64,000 nucleotides of DNA from a virus. Taxonomy: Duplodnaviria; Caudoviricetes. Positions 27,091 through 36,638 of this stretch are shown in pieces (within the stretch, counting starts at the first letter, position 1; the number at the start of each line of letters is the position of its first letter). The stretch spans positions 1-64,000 of IMG/VR virus record IMGVR_UViG_3300020352_000786. One strand, written 5' to 3'. Below the pieces are notes generated by a model, which was not told the DNA's origin, did no database searches, and saw only the letters and a program-made list of their open reading frames with translations. Both the position numbers and the translations under genes were made by a program.

Positions 27091-29289
27091 ATGTCGGCAT
27101 TAAATGAACTTCAGAATTATACCTTTGTTAGTAAATACGCCCGTTGGATTGAATCAGAGAATAGAAGAGAAACTTGGAAAGAAGCAGTAGATCGTGTTAG
27201 AAATATGATGCATACATATTATGCTGATAAAAACATGTCAGAAGATATCGATTGGGCATACGATATCATGTTTAAAAAGAAAGTTTTAGGAAGTCAAAGA
27301 GCTTTGCAATTTGGCGGAGAGCCGATCTTAAAAAGACATGCTAAAATTTATAACTGTACTAGTTCTTATTGTGACAGACTAAGATTCTTTCAAGAATGTT
27401 TCTGGTTACTATTGTGTGGTAGTGGTACAGGATTTAGTGTACAGAAACATCACATAGCTAAATTACCTAATTTGTCTCATAATAAAAAAGACAAAAAGAA
27501 AGGTGTAAAATATAAAATAGAAGATAGTATTGAGGGATGGTCGGATGCTTTGGGTGTTCTACTAAGTTCCTATTTTACTAAGGCTGCTGAAGATAAGTTT
27601 AAACAATATAAAGATCAGTATATTGTTTTTGACTATAGCAATATTAGAGAAAAGGGATCACAACTATCTTCTGGTGTGGGCAAGGCGCCTGGTTTTGAGC
27701 CCTTGCAAAACGGTTTGGAAAAAATTAGAGAAGTATTGGAGACATGTATTGAAAACAAACAGAAAAAACTCAGACCAATTGATGCTTATGATATTATTAT
27801 GCACTCAAGCGATGCTGTATTATCTGGTGGTGTTCGCAGAAGTGCGTCGTTAGCATTATTTAGTGCAGACGATGCGGAGATGGCTAAAGCTAAAACCGGT
27901 AATTGGTATGTAGATAATCCTCAAAGAGCCAGAAGCAATAATTCTGCATTACTCTTAAAAGACGATACATCTTATGAGCAGTTTGCTTTATTGATGGAAT
28001 CTGTTAAAGAGTTTGGTGAACCTGGATTCATTTGGAGTGATTCCACAGAAATGACATTTAATCCTTGTGTTGAAGTAGGTATGTGGCCTGTTGATGAAAA
28101 AACAGGAAAGTCTGGTTGGCAAGGATGTAATCTCTCTACAATCAATTGCTCTTCTGTTGTTGATGAAGAAGATTTCTATGAAAGATGTAAAGCTGCTGCT
28201 ATCATTGGTAGTTTACAAGCTGGTTTTACTGGTTTGGATTATTTAGGAGAGACTAGTAAGGCAATATTTGATAGAGAGGCTTTGCTTGGAGTTTCTTTAA
28301 CTGGTATCATGGAGAAGCATGAATTAGTACTTACAGAGAAGGTCTTAAAGAAAGGCGCAAAAATTGCTGTAGACACCAACAAAGAAATCGCCAAAAAGAT
28401 TTCTATTAATCAGGCAGCCAGAGTAACTTGCTTAAAACCAGAAGGTACTTCAAGTTCCATGCTAGGTACATCATCTGGCATCCATCCACATCATGCTAAA
28501 AGATATATTAGACATGTTCAAGCAAACATCTTAGAGCCGCCTTACCAATATTTTAAAAGCTATAATCCTCAAGCGTGTGAAAAGTCTTCTTGGTCTGCCA
28601 ATGATACAGACGAAGTTGTTAAATTCCCTATTGAGGTTCCCGATGGATCTAAACTTAAAAACCAACTACCCGCTATAGAAATGCTTGGCGTAGTAAAAGA
28701 TGCTCAAAAAAACTGGGTTCATTCTGGGAAAAACAGATCATTATGTACTCAAGATTTTCTTAGTCATAATGTTAGCAATACTGTAACTGTACAGCCAGAT
28801 GAATGGGAAAGTGTCACAAAATTTATATATAATAATAGAAAGTTTTTTGCCGGGATTAGTCTAATCCCACAGAGCGGAGACAAAGACTATCCTCAGGCTC
28901 CTTTTACTACAGTATATACTAGTAGAGAAATTGTCAAAGAATATGGAGATGCTGGGTTGTGGTGTTCAGGTTTGATTGAGTTGGGACTAAATGCTTTTAA
29001 TAATAATTTATGGGCAGCATGTGATTATATTACATTAAACCAATTAACCGACAAAGACGCTGAAGATAAAAAATTATTTGCAATCAAAATGCATAGATTC
29101 GCTAAAAAATATTTTGAAGGAGACTTTAAGAGACTAACATATTGTATGAAAGATGTATATAATTGGAAAATTTATACTGATTTATACCAGAGTTTTAGTA
29201 AAGTGGATTATACACAACTATTAGAAACAGAGGATAATACCGTAGGAATAGAGGAAATCAGTTGTGCAGGTGGTGCATGTCTTATTTGA
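27091..29289 (+). CDS. nrdJ: Class II (adenosylcobalamin-dependent) ribonucleotide reductase, monomeric RTPR type
   Basis: IYNC, LLCGSGTGFSV, GGVRRSA, NPCVE (thiyl Cys), CNLS, TCLKPEGTSS, C-terminal SCAGGAC; no nrdB nearby; AGGAG RBS. Confidence 0.9.
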   Translation: MSALNELQNYTFVSKYARWIESENRRETWKEAVDRVRNMMHTYYADKNMSEDIDWAYDIMFKKKVLGSQRALQFGGEPILKRHAKIYNCTSSYCDRLRFFQECFWLLLCGSGTGFSVQKHHIAKLPNLSHNKKDKKKGVKYKIEDSIEGWSDALGVLLSSYFTKAAEDKFKQYKDQYIVFDYSNIREKGSQLSSGVGKAPGFEPLQNGLEKIREVLETCIENKQKKLRPIDAYDIIMHSSDAVLSGGVRRSASLALFSADDAEMAKAKTGNWYVDNPQRARSNNSALLLKDDTSYEQFALLMESVKEFGEPGFIWSDSTEMTFNPCVEVGMWPVDEKTGKSGWQGCNLSTINCSSVVDEEDFYERCKAAAIIGSLQAGFTGLDYLGETSKAIFDREALLGVSLTGIMEKHELVLTEKVLKKGAKIAVDTNKEIAKKISINQAARVTCLKPEGTSSSMLGTSSGIHPHHAKRYIRHVQANILEPPYQYFKSYNPQACEKSSWSANDTDEVVKFPIEVPDGSKLKNQLPAIEMLGVVKDAQKNWVHSGKNRSLCTQDFLSHNVSNTVTVQPDEWESVTKFIYNNRKFFAGISLIPQSGDKDYPQAPFTTVYTSREIVKEYGDAGLWCSGLIELGLNAFNNNLWAACDYITLNQLTDKDAEDKKLFAIKMHRFAKKYFEGDFKRLTYCMKDVYNWKIYTDLYQSFSKVDYTQLLETEDNTVGIEEISCAGGACLI

Positions 29290-29313
29290 TTTCATTCCTA
29301 GAAGGGTACAACT

Positions 29314-30045
29314 TTGAGAAAAAAACAAAAGAATGGAACTCGTAAAGGGTCCATAAAGCTAGATAGCAATAAAATTAATCCAGAAGAAATTGTTGTAGGA
29401 TTTAAGAATAGATTAAAACCTAGAACGATTAATCAAAAAAACTACATTAGAACCGTAGCAGAAAATACTATTACTTTCTGTCAAGGTGTTCCGGGTAGTG
29501 GTAAAACCCATATAGCTATAGGTATGGCTCTAGAATATCTCATAGATGATAAGGTCGAAAAGATTGTAATCACAAGACCTGTTGTAGAAGCTGGAGAAAG
29601 ACTAGGGTTTTTACCTGGATCAGCAGAGGATAAGTTACATCCGTATCTTTTACCTCTGTTCGATGAAATCAATTACTTTTTACACATGCAACATTATGCC
29701 AAACTAAAAGTAGGTAAAAGAATAGAAGTAGTTCCTTTGGGGCTAATGAGAGGTAGAAGTTTCCATAATGCCTTTATAGTTGCTGATGAGTGTCAGAATG
29801 CCTCATATGATCAACTAAAAATGTTATTGACTAGAATAGGTATGGACAGCAAGATGATCCTAACAGGAGATGTCGCGCAATCAGATTTACAATTTGACAG
29901 ACAGGGAGGCTTTCTGAGATTAATGCAGGTATTAGATGGAGTTGATGGTCTTGGTGTGGCTGAGTTAAAATCTACAGACATCGTAAGAAACGAAATCATA
30001 TCTCGCGTTATATGTCGCTTAGATGAATATGAGAATAGATCATAA
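29314..30045 (+). CDS. phoH: PhoH-family ATPase
   Basis: GVPGSGKT, ITRPVVEAGERLGFLPG, MRGRSF, ADECQN, RIGMDSKMILTGDVAQSD, DIVRN. Confidence 0.93.
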   Translation: MRKKQKNGTRKGSIKLDSNKINPEEIVVGFKNRLKPRTINQKNYIRTVAENTITFCQGVPGSGKTHIAIGMALEYLIDDKVEKIVITRPVVEAGERLGFLPGSAEDKLHPYLLPLFDEINYFLHMQHYAKLKVGKRIEVVPLGLMRGRSFHNAFIVADECQNASYDQLKMLLTRIGMDSKMILTGDVAQSDLQFDRQGGFLRLMQVLDGVDGLGVAELKSTDIVRNEIISRVICRLDEYENRS

Positions 30046-30598
30046 ACCGTGTTTGGTTCTTAACGCAGATTACAGTCCTGTCGCTATAGTAGAATGGCAA
30101 AGAGCTATAATTTGGTCTTATAGATTGAATCATAGTACAGGAGGTTTGTCTATGGATATAATAGAATATTATAAAACAGATTTTATTAAAGGATCCAGTA
30201 ATCAAACACCCCTACCTGCTGTAATCAAAATTAGAAATTATTTAAAGCTCCATAAACATTCTGTAAATTTTTCTAGAAAAAATTTATTTATTAGAGATAA
30301 TTATACTTGTCAGTATTGTAATAAAAGATGTTCTCAGCAAGAATTAACATATGATCATGTAATTCCAAAATCTCAATGGCCTTTTAGGGACAAATCTCCT
30401 ACTACTTGGACGAATATAGTTACGGCTTGTACTAAGTGTAATCTTAAAAAAAGCAATAAAACACCGCAACAAGCTCAAATGCAATTACAAAACAAACCGA
30501 TTAGACCATTTAGTAATCATAAATACTTGCACGTAACGTCTAGACTATCTATTATGAAAGACAAGATACCAGAAGAATGGAAAATTTATACAGGATAA
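30023..30598 (+). CDS. HNH endonuclease (McrA-like, zinc-binding)
   Basis: CLVLNADYSP, RDNYTCQYC, TYDHVIPKS, WTNIVTACTKCNLKK. Confidence 0.88.
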   Translation: MNMRIDHKPCLVLNADYSPVAIVEWQRAIIWSYRLNHSTGGLSMDIIEYYKTDFIKGSSNQTPLPAVIKIRNYLKLHKHSVNFSRKNLFIRDNYTCQYCNKRCSQQELTYDHVIPKSQWPFRDKSPTTWTNIVTACTKCNLKKSNKTPQQAQMQLQNKPIRPFSNHKYLHVTSRLSIMKDKIPEEWKIYTG

Positions 30599-30601
30599 CA
30601 A

Positions 30602-31024
30602 ATGAGAGTTGACCCAAATGAATTCGTTTCTGACAATACAAATCGGATAGCTAAAGAACAAAAATTGTATTGCGTATTAGGTTCTGAAGATTTTACTGAT
30701 GATAAAGGATATCCTAGATGTGAATCTGATGAGTCTAAAGTATGCGCTAAAGCAACACCAGATAAACCTACTAAGCATTTCGGTGATCAAAGAGGTAATG
30801 ACTATAGATACTACATTAGGATGGATGCTGATCAGGAGTTGTTTAATCCAGTAAATCTACTATCTTCTGTTAAAGACAAGAAAAATAATCATTTTATAAA
30901 TTCAGTATGTAAAAGCACCAACTCTTTTAAAGAGGTTGCTCCTTCTGTATTTAACAAGTATATTGAATATTTAAAATCTAAAGATATCAGATGGCTTAAG
31001 GAAGCACAGAGAGAATTAGTATAA
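30602..31024 (+). CDS. Hypothetical protein, paralog of 31720..32067
   Basis: C-terminal FNKYIEYLKSKDIRWLKEAQRE matches FDYYLSFLKTKNLAWLTNAERE. Confidence 0.7.
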   Translation: MRVDPNEFVSDNTNRIAKEQKLYCVLGSEDFTDDKGYPRCESDESKVCAKATPDKPTKHFGDQRGNDYRYYIRMDADQELFNPVNLLSSVKDKKNNHFINSVCKSTNSFKEVAPSVFNKYIEYLKSKDIRWLKEAQRELV

Positions 31025-31368
31025 TGCCAGAATATACTTTTATTTGTGAAGATTGTGGGGAGATATTTAGTATAGTATCTTCTATTTCTGAATATACAGA
31101 TAAACAATTATGCACACTGTGTCAGTCAGAAAATACTAATAGGTACTATCAACATGACTTAGCTAATATGACAGGTTCTGTAGTGAAAGCAGATTCTGAA
31201 CTTAAAACAATAGGAGACTTAGCTAACAGAAATCGAGATAAGATGACAGAAGACCATAAGCAGGCATTGTTTAAGAAACATAATGCTTACAGAGAGAGTC
31301 CTCCAGAGATGCCACTGCCTAAAGATATGAAAAGAATTAAAAAGACAAAAGGAATAAAATGGACATAG
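31024..31368 (+). CDS. FmdB-family zinc-ribbon protein
   Basis: MPEYTFICEDCGEIF..CTLCQS. Confidence 0.8.
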   Translation: MPEYTFICEDCGEIFSIVSSISEYTDKQLCTLCQSENTNRYYQHDLANMTGSVVKADSELKTIGDLANRNRDKMTEDHKQALFKKHNAYRESPPEMPLPKDMKRIKKTKGIKWT

Positions 31369-31727
31369 ATAAAAACAAAACAAGTCCAGAGTCTATTAAA
31401 GAAGCGTTAGAACAAGCAGGCTTATCTCAAGACATAGCCGATACTATCGGAACTGTTTATGCTCAAAATGGCTTTTCTGATGTAGCAGATACTTCTGCTG
31501 ACAAATTAATAGATTGTCCTAGAGAAATAGTTTTTAAGATAGAAGGAACTGTTTTAAATCAAAATGATCAGGGAGAAATTACAGGCTCTGAATTTATATT
31601 TGATCAGTCTTATCATATACCTGTGCCTACTGGTATAAATTATAAAGATTCTATGAATTCATTTTTAAATCATTTTATGGGTTGTCTGGAAAAAACATCC
31701 AAAGAATTATGGAAAGATCATGTCTGA
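31359..31727 (+). CDS. Hypothetical protein
   Basis: 122-aa ORF overlapping both neighbours. Confidence 0.6.
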   Translation: MDIDKNKTSPESIKEALEQAGLSQDIADTIGTVYAQNGFSDVADTSADKLIDCPREIVFKIEGTVLNQNDQGEITGSEFIFDQSYHIPVPTGINYKDSMNSFLNHFMGCLEKTSKELWKDHV

Positions 31728-32067
31728 CACTATTTATTATACTCAACTGAATATTGGTGAAGAAGATAATCAGGGTAATTTTACCATCCCAGATGATGGT
31801 CCTAATACCTACGCCAAAATTATCAAGACGCAAGGTTCTGTTAAATATATGGTTAGGATTGATCCTTCTCATAAGCTAATGAATCCTTTTGGCTACGATA
31901 ATCAAACAGAATTTAGTGGGCATAAAAATTTTGTAGACCATACTTGTAAATCTTCCAAATACAATAAATATACCAGAGTAAGTAACAAGTGTTTTGATTA
32001 CTATTTATCTTTTTTAAAGACAAAAAATTTGGCATGGCTGACCAATGCTGAAAGGGAAAACAACTAA
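31720..32067 (+). CDS. Hypothetical protein, paralog of 30602..31024
   Basis: Shared AK..Y.[IV]R.D....L.NP and C-terminal YL..K...WL..A.RE. Confidence 0.7.
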   Translation: MSDTIYYTQLNIGEEDNQGNFTIPDDGPNTYAKIIKTQGSVKYMVRIDPSHKLMNPFGYDNQTEFSGHKNFVDHTCKSSKYNKYTRVSNKCFDYYLSFLKTKNLAWLTNAERENN

Positions 32068-32429
32068 TGAATAATAACCTAATTAAGAGATATGCTGTTT
32101 TGTGGTTAAATTCTCAAGGTGATGATATGGATACAATTTCAGAATCTTTAGATATACCCAAAGCTAGTATTAAAAGAATTGTAAAGCTGTATGCTGATAC
32201 CACACCAGAAAAACAAGAAGAAAAACAAGAAGAAAAATCTAGCAGTACAGCATCCACTAGACAAACAGCCAAAGACTTTATGATAAATCAAACGTCGGGT
32301 AAAGGATCTTCTGGAGTTACTATTATGACTAAAACGGCTTCAGAGAGGAATGATGCCTCTAAGAAAAACTCACAGAATAAAGATCAAAAATTTTCTAATT
32401 GTATATATAAGTTGGACGAAAATAAATAG
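32067..32429 (+). CDS. Hypothetical protein with N-terminal HTH-like segment
   Basis: SQGDDMDTISESLDIPKASIKRIVK resembles a helix-turn-helix. Confidence 0.55.
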   Translation: MNNNLIKRYAVLWLNSQGDDMDTISESLDIPKASIKRIVKLYADTTPEKQEEKQEEKSSSTASTRQTAKDFMINQTSGKGSSGVTIMTKTASERNDASKKNSQNKDQKFSNCIYKLDENK

Positions 32430-32438
32430 TACTATAGT

Positions 32439-32873
32439 ATGGAATATATCTCTAAATACTCTAATGATAAAAGGGTATCTGCTGCTCAGTATATCACGGA
32501 GATTATATGTGAACACAAAGCCAAAAAAGAAAAGAAAGATTTACATTTTCGATTTTGGCAAACTAGCAAGTACTGGGAAAAGTATTATAGAAGTCAAATA
32601 GCTACGGCGAATAAATTATTAAAGACATATAGTCCTCAAGCAATTATATCTGCATTAAATGACAGGAAGGCTGTAAGAATTTTTTCATTGAGGGCTCCCC
32701 ATCTAGAACCTATTATAGAACATCATCAGCATTTGTTTGACAACAATAATTCCAAACCACAAACAGAAATAGAAAGAGTTGATGCCAGTAAACTGAAGTC
32801 AAGAAAACAATATAAAACTTACAAAAAAAGCATAATGGATATTTTAGATGATCAAGGAAAAGAAAATGGCTAA
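32439..32873 (+). CDS. Hypothetical protein
   Basis: 144-aa basic ORF directly upstream of recA. Confidence 0.65.
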   Translation: MEYISKYSNDKRVSAAQYITEIICEHKAKKEKKDLHFRFWQTSKYWEKYYRSQIATANKLLKTYSPQAIISALNDRKAVRIFSLRAPHLEPIIEHHQHLFDNNNSKPQTEIERVDASKLKSRKQYKTYKKSIMDILDDQGKENG

Positions 32874-33885
32874 ATTAAAAGAAGAAGTAACTAAAGCTTT
32901 TGGTAAAAATATTATTTTATCAGCTAATTCGATTATAGATAAACCATCGACAGTAATTCCTATTGGCCCCTCATTGGATATTATTTTAAATGGAGGTGTT
33001 CCTGAAGGTAGTTTTATTGTATTAACAGGACAGCCCAAATGTGGCAAAACTACAACATCTCTATCCTTTGCTGCTACTGCTCTTAAACCTGAATATCAAG
33101 GAGATTTGCCTTCTCCTAGAAAAGCGTATTACCTAAACATCGAAGGTAGACTGAAAAAGAGAGACTTAGAAGGAATACCAGAATTAGACTTGGATAGATT
33201 TGACGTAATAGGTTCTCAACAGGGTAAAATTTTACACGCAGAAGAGTACCTACAAATTGCAGAAAAAATAATTAATCAAGAACCAGGTAGTATTTTAATT
33301 ATTGACTCTTATTCAGCATTATGTACAGAAGCTGAAATCACATCGGATATGAATAAGATGCAAAGAGCAGATGGGGCTAAACTCTTGGCTAAGTTTTGCA
33401 GAAAAGTAGCTAATGTTATTCCTGTTAATAAAAATTTAGTAATTGGTATTACCCATCTTATGGGGAATCCCACTGGTTATGGAGCAGAATTTAAGGAGAA
33501 GAGTGGTCAGGCCGTAGCGTATCAAACGGATATTAAACTAAGAGCGAAAACTTTCTCACCTTGGTTGCTAAACAAAGATACCAATTCTCAAATAGGACAA
33601 GAAGTAACATGGCAAGTTGTCACCTCTGCTCTAGGCCCTCCGGGAGGATCTATAACAAGCTATTTAAGATATGGACAAGGCATAGATAAAGAAATGGAAG
33701 TTGTTAATCTAGCTATAGATTTAGGTCTTATCCAAAAAGCCGGAGCATGGTATACTCTAAGTTTTGTAGAGGAAAAAGAAAAACCTAAAGCTCAAGGAGC
33801 AGAAAAAGTTAGACAATATATAGTAGATAATCCCGGATGTTACGATAAACTTTATGCTGAGATTAAAGAGACTATGGGTATTTAG
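32866..33885 (+). CDS. recA: RecA/UvsX-like recombinase
   Basis: Walker A GQPKCGKTT, YLNIEGR, Walker B IIDSYSAL, GIDKEMEV..GLIQKAGAWY; start set at ATG 32866. Confidence 0.9.
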   Translation: MAKLKEEVTKAFGKNIILSANSIIDKPSTVIPIGPSLDIILNGGVPEGSFIVLTGQPKCGKTTTSLSFAATALKPEYQGDLPSPRKAYYLNIEGRLKKRDLEGIPELDLDRFDVIGSQQGKILHAEEYLQIAEKIINQEPGSILIIDSYSALCTEAEITSDMNKMQRADGAKLLAKFCRKVANVIPVNKNLVIGITHLMGNPTGYGAEFKEKSGQAVAYQTDIKLRAKTFSPWLLNKDTNSQIGQEVTWQVVTSALGPPGGSITSYLRYGQGIDKEMEVVNLAIDLGLIQKAGAWYTLSFVEEKEKPKAQGAEKVRQYIVDNPGCYDKLYAEIKETMGI

Positions 33886-34292
33886 TGATGATAGTCATAG
33901 ATTTAGAAGGTAATTCTACAAATTGGCTATTGACAGGCAACAGTTCTCATGCTAGAATGCTTAATAAGTCAAAACTACATTTAAGAGCAAGAAAGCTACT
34001 TAAAGATATCCATCCAACACTACAAATACTAGAAGAAATACCAATTCATGTTAGAAAAAAAGAACTTTTATATTTAGATTTTTACATACCGTTAATAAAA
34101 GCTTGTATAGAAGTTCATGGAGAGCAGCATTATAAGTTTATTGGACACTATCATGGAAATAGATTTAATTTCATTAAAGCCAAACAAAGAGATATGTCGA
34201 AAAGAGAATGGTGTGAGTTAAACAACATTACGCATGTAGAACTAAAGTTTGATCAAACAGATGAACAGTGGAAAGAAATAATAGAGAACTAA
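33885..34292 (+). CDS. Vsr/DUF559-like PD-(D/E)XK endonuclease
   Basis: LEEIP..LYLDFYIP..CIEVHGEQHY..RD..KREWC. Confidence 0.7.
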   Translation: MMIVIDLEGNSTNWLLTGNSSHARMLNKSKLHLRARKLLKDIHPTLQILEEIPIHVRKKELLYLDFYIPLIKACIEVHGEQHYKFIGHYHGNRFNFIKAKQRDMSKREWCELNNITHVELKFDQTDEQWKEIIEN

Positions 34293-34293
34293 A

Positions 34294-34779
34294 ATGAATA
34301 CAAAAGAGAAAGTCAAAGAATGGGATGAGATTTTAGACTCCTATGAAAACAGTATTGGCTTCCCTAAATACAATGAGTGTCTTATCAACGAGAAAGAACT
34401 CAATGAATACTTTTCGATGGACAGAAATGTTATCGAAAAATTATCCCCAGAAGACACAGCTCAAATTTCATATAGGCTATCACAATTTGCTTTTCATATA
34501 CAAAGAACTTTAAATAGAGAAATAGCTAGACATAATTGGGCTGAAGAAACTATAAAGGAAACCATAGCAGACGAATTGAACAGCTATAAAGGTTACGGTT
34601 ATGTAGAAAAATATTATCAAGCAATTAAACATAATGAAGCAGCGCAATCTTTGAATAAAATTAAAAAATACGCTAAACAGAGAATGGATAGACTCTCTTA
34701 TACTGCAAACTCTATTAAAAATCTATCAGACATCCTTATGGCTATTAATAGGAATAAAAATAAAAATGGACATCAATAA
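34294..34779 (+). CDS. All-helical hypothetical protein (possible UvsY-like recombination mediator)
   Basis: Coiled-coil character and position between recA and the helicase; function is inference only. Confidence 0.5.
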   Translation: MNTKEKVKEWDEILDSYENSIGFPKYNECLINEKELNEYFSMDRNVIEKLSPEDTAQISYRLSQFAFHIQRTLNREIARHNWAEETIKETIADELNSYKGYGYVEKYYQAIKHNEAAQSLNKIKKYAKQRMDRLSYTANSIKNLSDILMAINRNKNKNGHQ

Positions 34780-35173
34780 ACTCAAACAAGACCCGGAAAA
34801 AATTCAACAGCTTATAGACCTATTGGGCTCTTTATTGCCTGAAGAAGATGATCAACCTAAGACAACCAAGAAAAAAACAGCCAAGAAAAAAACAGCCAAG
34901 AAAAAAACAGCTACAAGAAGAAATAGCAAAACGAAAAAACAAGAGACTGTAAATAAGTTTCTAGATATGCCAGAAATGAATATGCATAAAGAAGACGGAG
35001 AAATAGATAAACAATTGCAAAAATTTCCTCCAACACCTAGAACAAGACCCATATCAGAGAATATATCTGTGCGATGTAGGATTTGTGGTAAAGAAGAAAC
35101 CATAAGTCAGGGCCTATTATTTGAAGGCTCAAATAGATACAAATGCAATAAATGTTCTACACAGTCAGGCTAA
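34766..35173 (+). CDS. Hypothetical protein with Lys-rich repeats and a C-terminal zinc ribbon
   Basis: (KKKTA)3 and CRIC..CNKC. Confidence 0.7.
   Translation: MDINKLKQDPEKIQQLIDLLGSLLPEEDDQPKTTKKKTAKKKTAKKKTATRRNSKTKKQETVNKFLDMPEMNMHKEDGEIDKQLQKFPPTPRTRPISENISVRCRICGKEETISQGLLFEGSNRYKCNKCSTQSG
34866..34911 (+). repeat. Perfect 15-bp tandem repeat x3
   Basis: CCAAGAAAAAAACAG three times, encoding KKKTA units. Confidence 0.95.
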
Positions 35174-35174
35174 A

Positions 35175-36638
35175 ATGATACTATCCAACCCATCTGCTGA
35201 AAGAGCTGTATTATCAGCTATTATTAAATATGGCTCAGATATATTTTATGATGTATCTGATATATTAACAGATAAATGTTTTACTATAGACAGTAATTCA
35301 AATATATTTCAGTGCATAAAAAAATCTATAGAGAAAAACAATCAAAATCAAATAGATTTAGCTTCTATCTATAGTAGCGCACAAGAACTTGGTATGTCCA
35401 AAGTATTTTCTACCAAAGAAGAAAATCAACACTTAAAAGCAGTTATAGATTTTCCAGTAGAAAAAGAAAATGCCAGAAAATTTGCTACACAAATTAGAAA
35501 GTTGGAGATAACAAGAGAACTAAGAGAAAAACTACAGTCCGCCCAAAACGACCTCCTTGATGTTACAGGTACAGAAAATGTATCTTCTATCCTGTCTATA
35601 GCTGAAGATAGTGTACTTAATTTTTCAGAAAGTTTAACAGATACGGATAATCATCCAGCTCCTATGAGTGATGATATAGACGAATATATCCAACATCTTA
35701 TAGATAACAAAACCGAGCAAGTAGGTATCCCAACAGGGTTTCCTGTATATGACGCCTCTATTGGTGGAGGTTTAAGAAAAGGTACTGTTAATGTTATAGC
35801 GGCTCGACCAAAAACTGGTAAAACTTTATTGTCTGATAACATGGGCTTTTTTATTGCTAGCGAAATGGGTATACCTGTTTTAAATCTAGACACAGAAATG
35901 AACAAAGAAGACCATATCAATCGCATTTTGGCTATGATTACAGAAGTCTCCATCAACAAAATAGAAACAGGTAGATTCGTAGATTCAGCTAGTCATAAAA
36001 CCAAAATAGAAAAGGGAATACAAAAAATTAAAGACTCGAAACTGTATTACAAATCTATTGCAGGTAAGGGTTTTGATGAACAAATATCTTTGATGAGGCG
36101 TTGGATAATGACTGAAGTAGGAATGAACAGCGACGGAACAGCAAAGGATTGCGTTATATTTTATGATTATTTAAAGCTAATGGACACTCAAGGAATGTCT
36201 CAGGACATGAAAGAATATCAGGTTCTTGGCTTCATGATGACAGCATTGCATAACTTTGCCGTAAAATACAAAATACCTATTGTTTCCTTTATACAATTAA
36301 ACCGAGATGGTATTACTAAGGAAACCACTGATGCTGCCAGTGGTTCTGACAGAATCGTATGGCTCTGTAGTAATTTTAGTATTTTTAAAAGAAAAACAGA
36401 TGAAGAAATAGCAGAAGACGGACCAGATAATGGTAACAGAAAATTAGTGCCTATTATTAGTAGGCATGGCGGAGGATTGGATGACAACGACTATATTAAT
36501 TGTCATATGAAAGGCTGGTGTGCCAAAATTACAGAAGGTAAAACTCGACAAGAAGTAGTAAATAATACAGGAGATGATAAGGATGGCTTTGTTATTGGAG
36601 AAGAAGGTGAAGAACCAGAAACATTCACGTTTAATTAG
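35175..36638 (+). CDS. dnaB: Replicative DnaB-family helicase
   Basis: SAERAVLSAI, GIPTGF, IAARPKTGKT, LNLDTEM, FYDYLKL, FIQLNR, SGSDRI; start set at ATG 35175. Confidence 0.9.
   Translation: MILSNPSAERAVLSAIIKYGSDIFYDVSDILTDKCFTIDSNSNIFQCIKKSIEKNNQNQIDLASIYSSAQELGMSKVFSTKEENQHLKAVIDFPVEKENARKFATQIRKLEITRELREKLQSAQNDLLDVTGTENVSSILSIAEDSVLNFSESLTDTDNHPAPMSDDIDEYIQHLIDNKTEQVGIPTGFPVYDASIGGGLRKGTVNVIAARPKTGKTLLSDNMGFFIASEMGIPVLNLDTEMNKEDHINRILAMITEVSINKIETGRFVDSASHKTKIEKGIQKIKDSKLYYKSIAGKGFDEQISLMRRWIMTEVGMNSDGTAKDCVIFYDYLKLMDTQGMSQDMKEYQVLGFMMTALHNFAVKYKIPIVSFIQLNRDGITKETTDAASGSDRIVWLCSNFSIFKRKTDEEIAEDGPDNGNRKLVPIISRHGGGLDDNDYINCHMKGWCAKITEGKTRQEVVNNTGDDKDGFVIGEEGEEPETFTFN

Noticed and set aside
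30023-30598. HNH gene as a mobile intron or intein element
   Set aside because: Free-standing ORF that interrupts no gene; phoH is complete
32412-32441. Sigma-70 promoter TTGGAC..TATAGT before ORF 32439
   Set aside because: Spacer only 15 nt, the -35 lies in the upstream CDS and the -10 abuts the ATG
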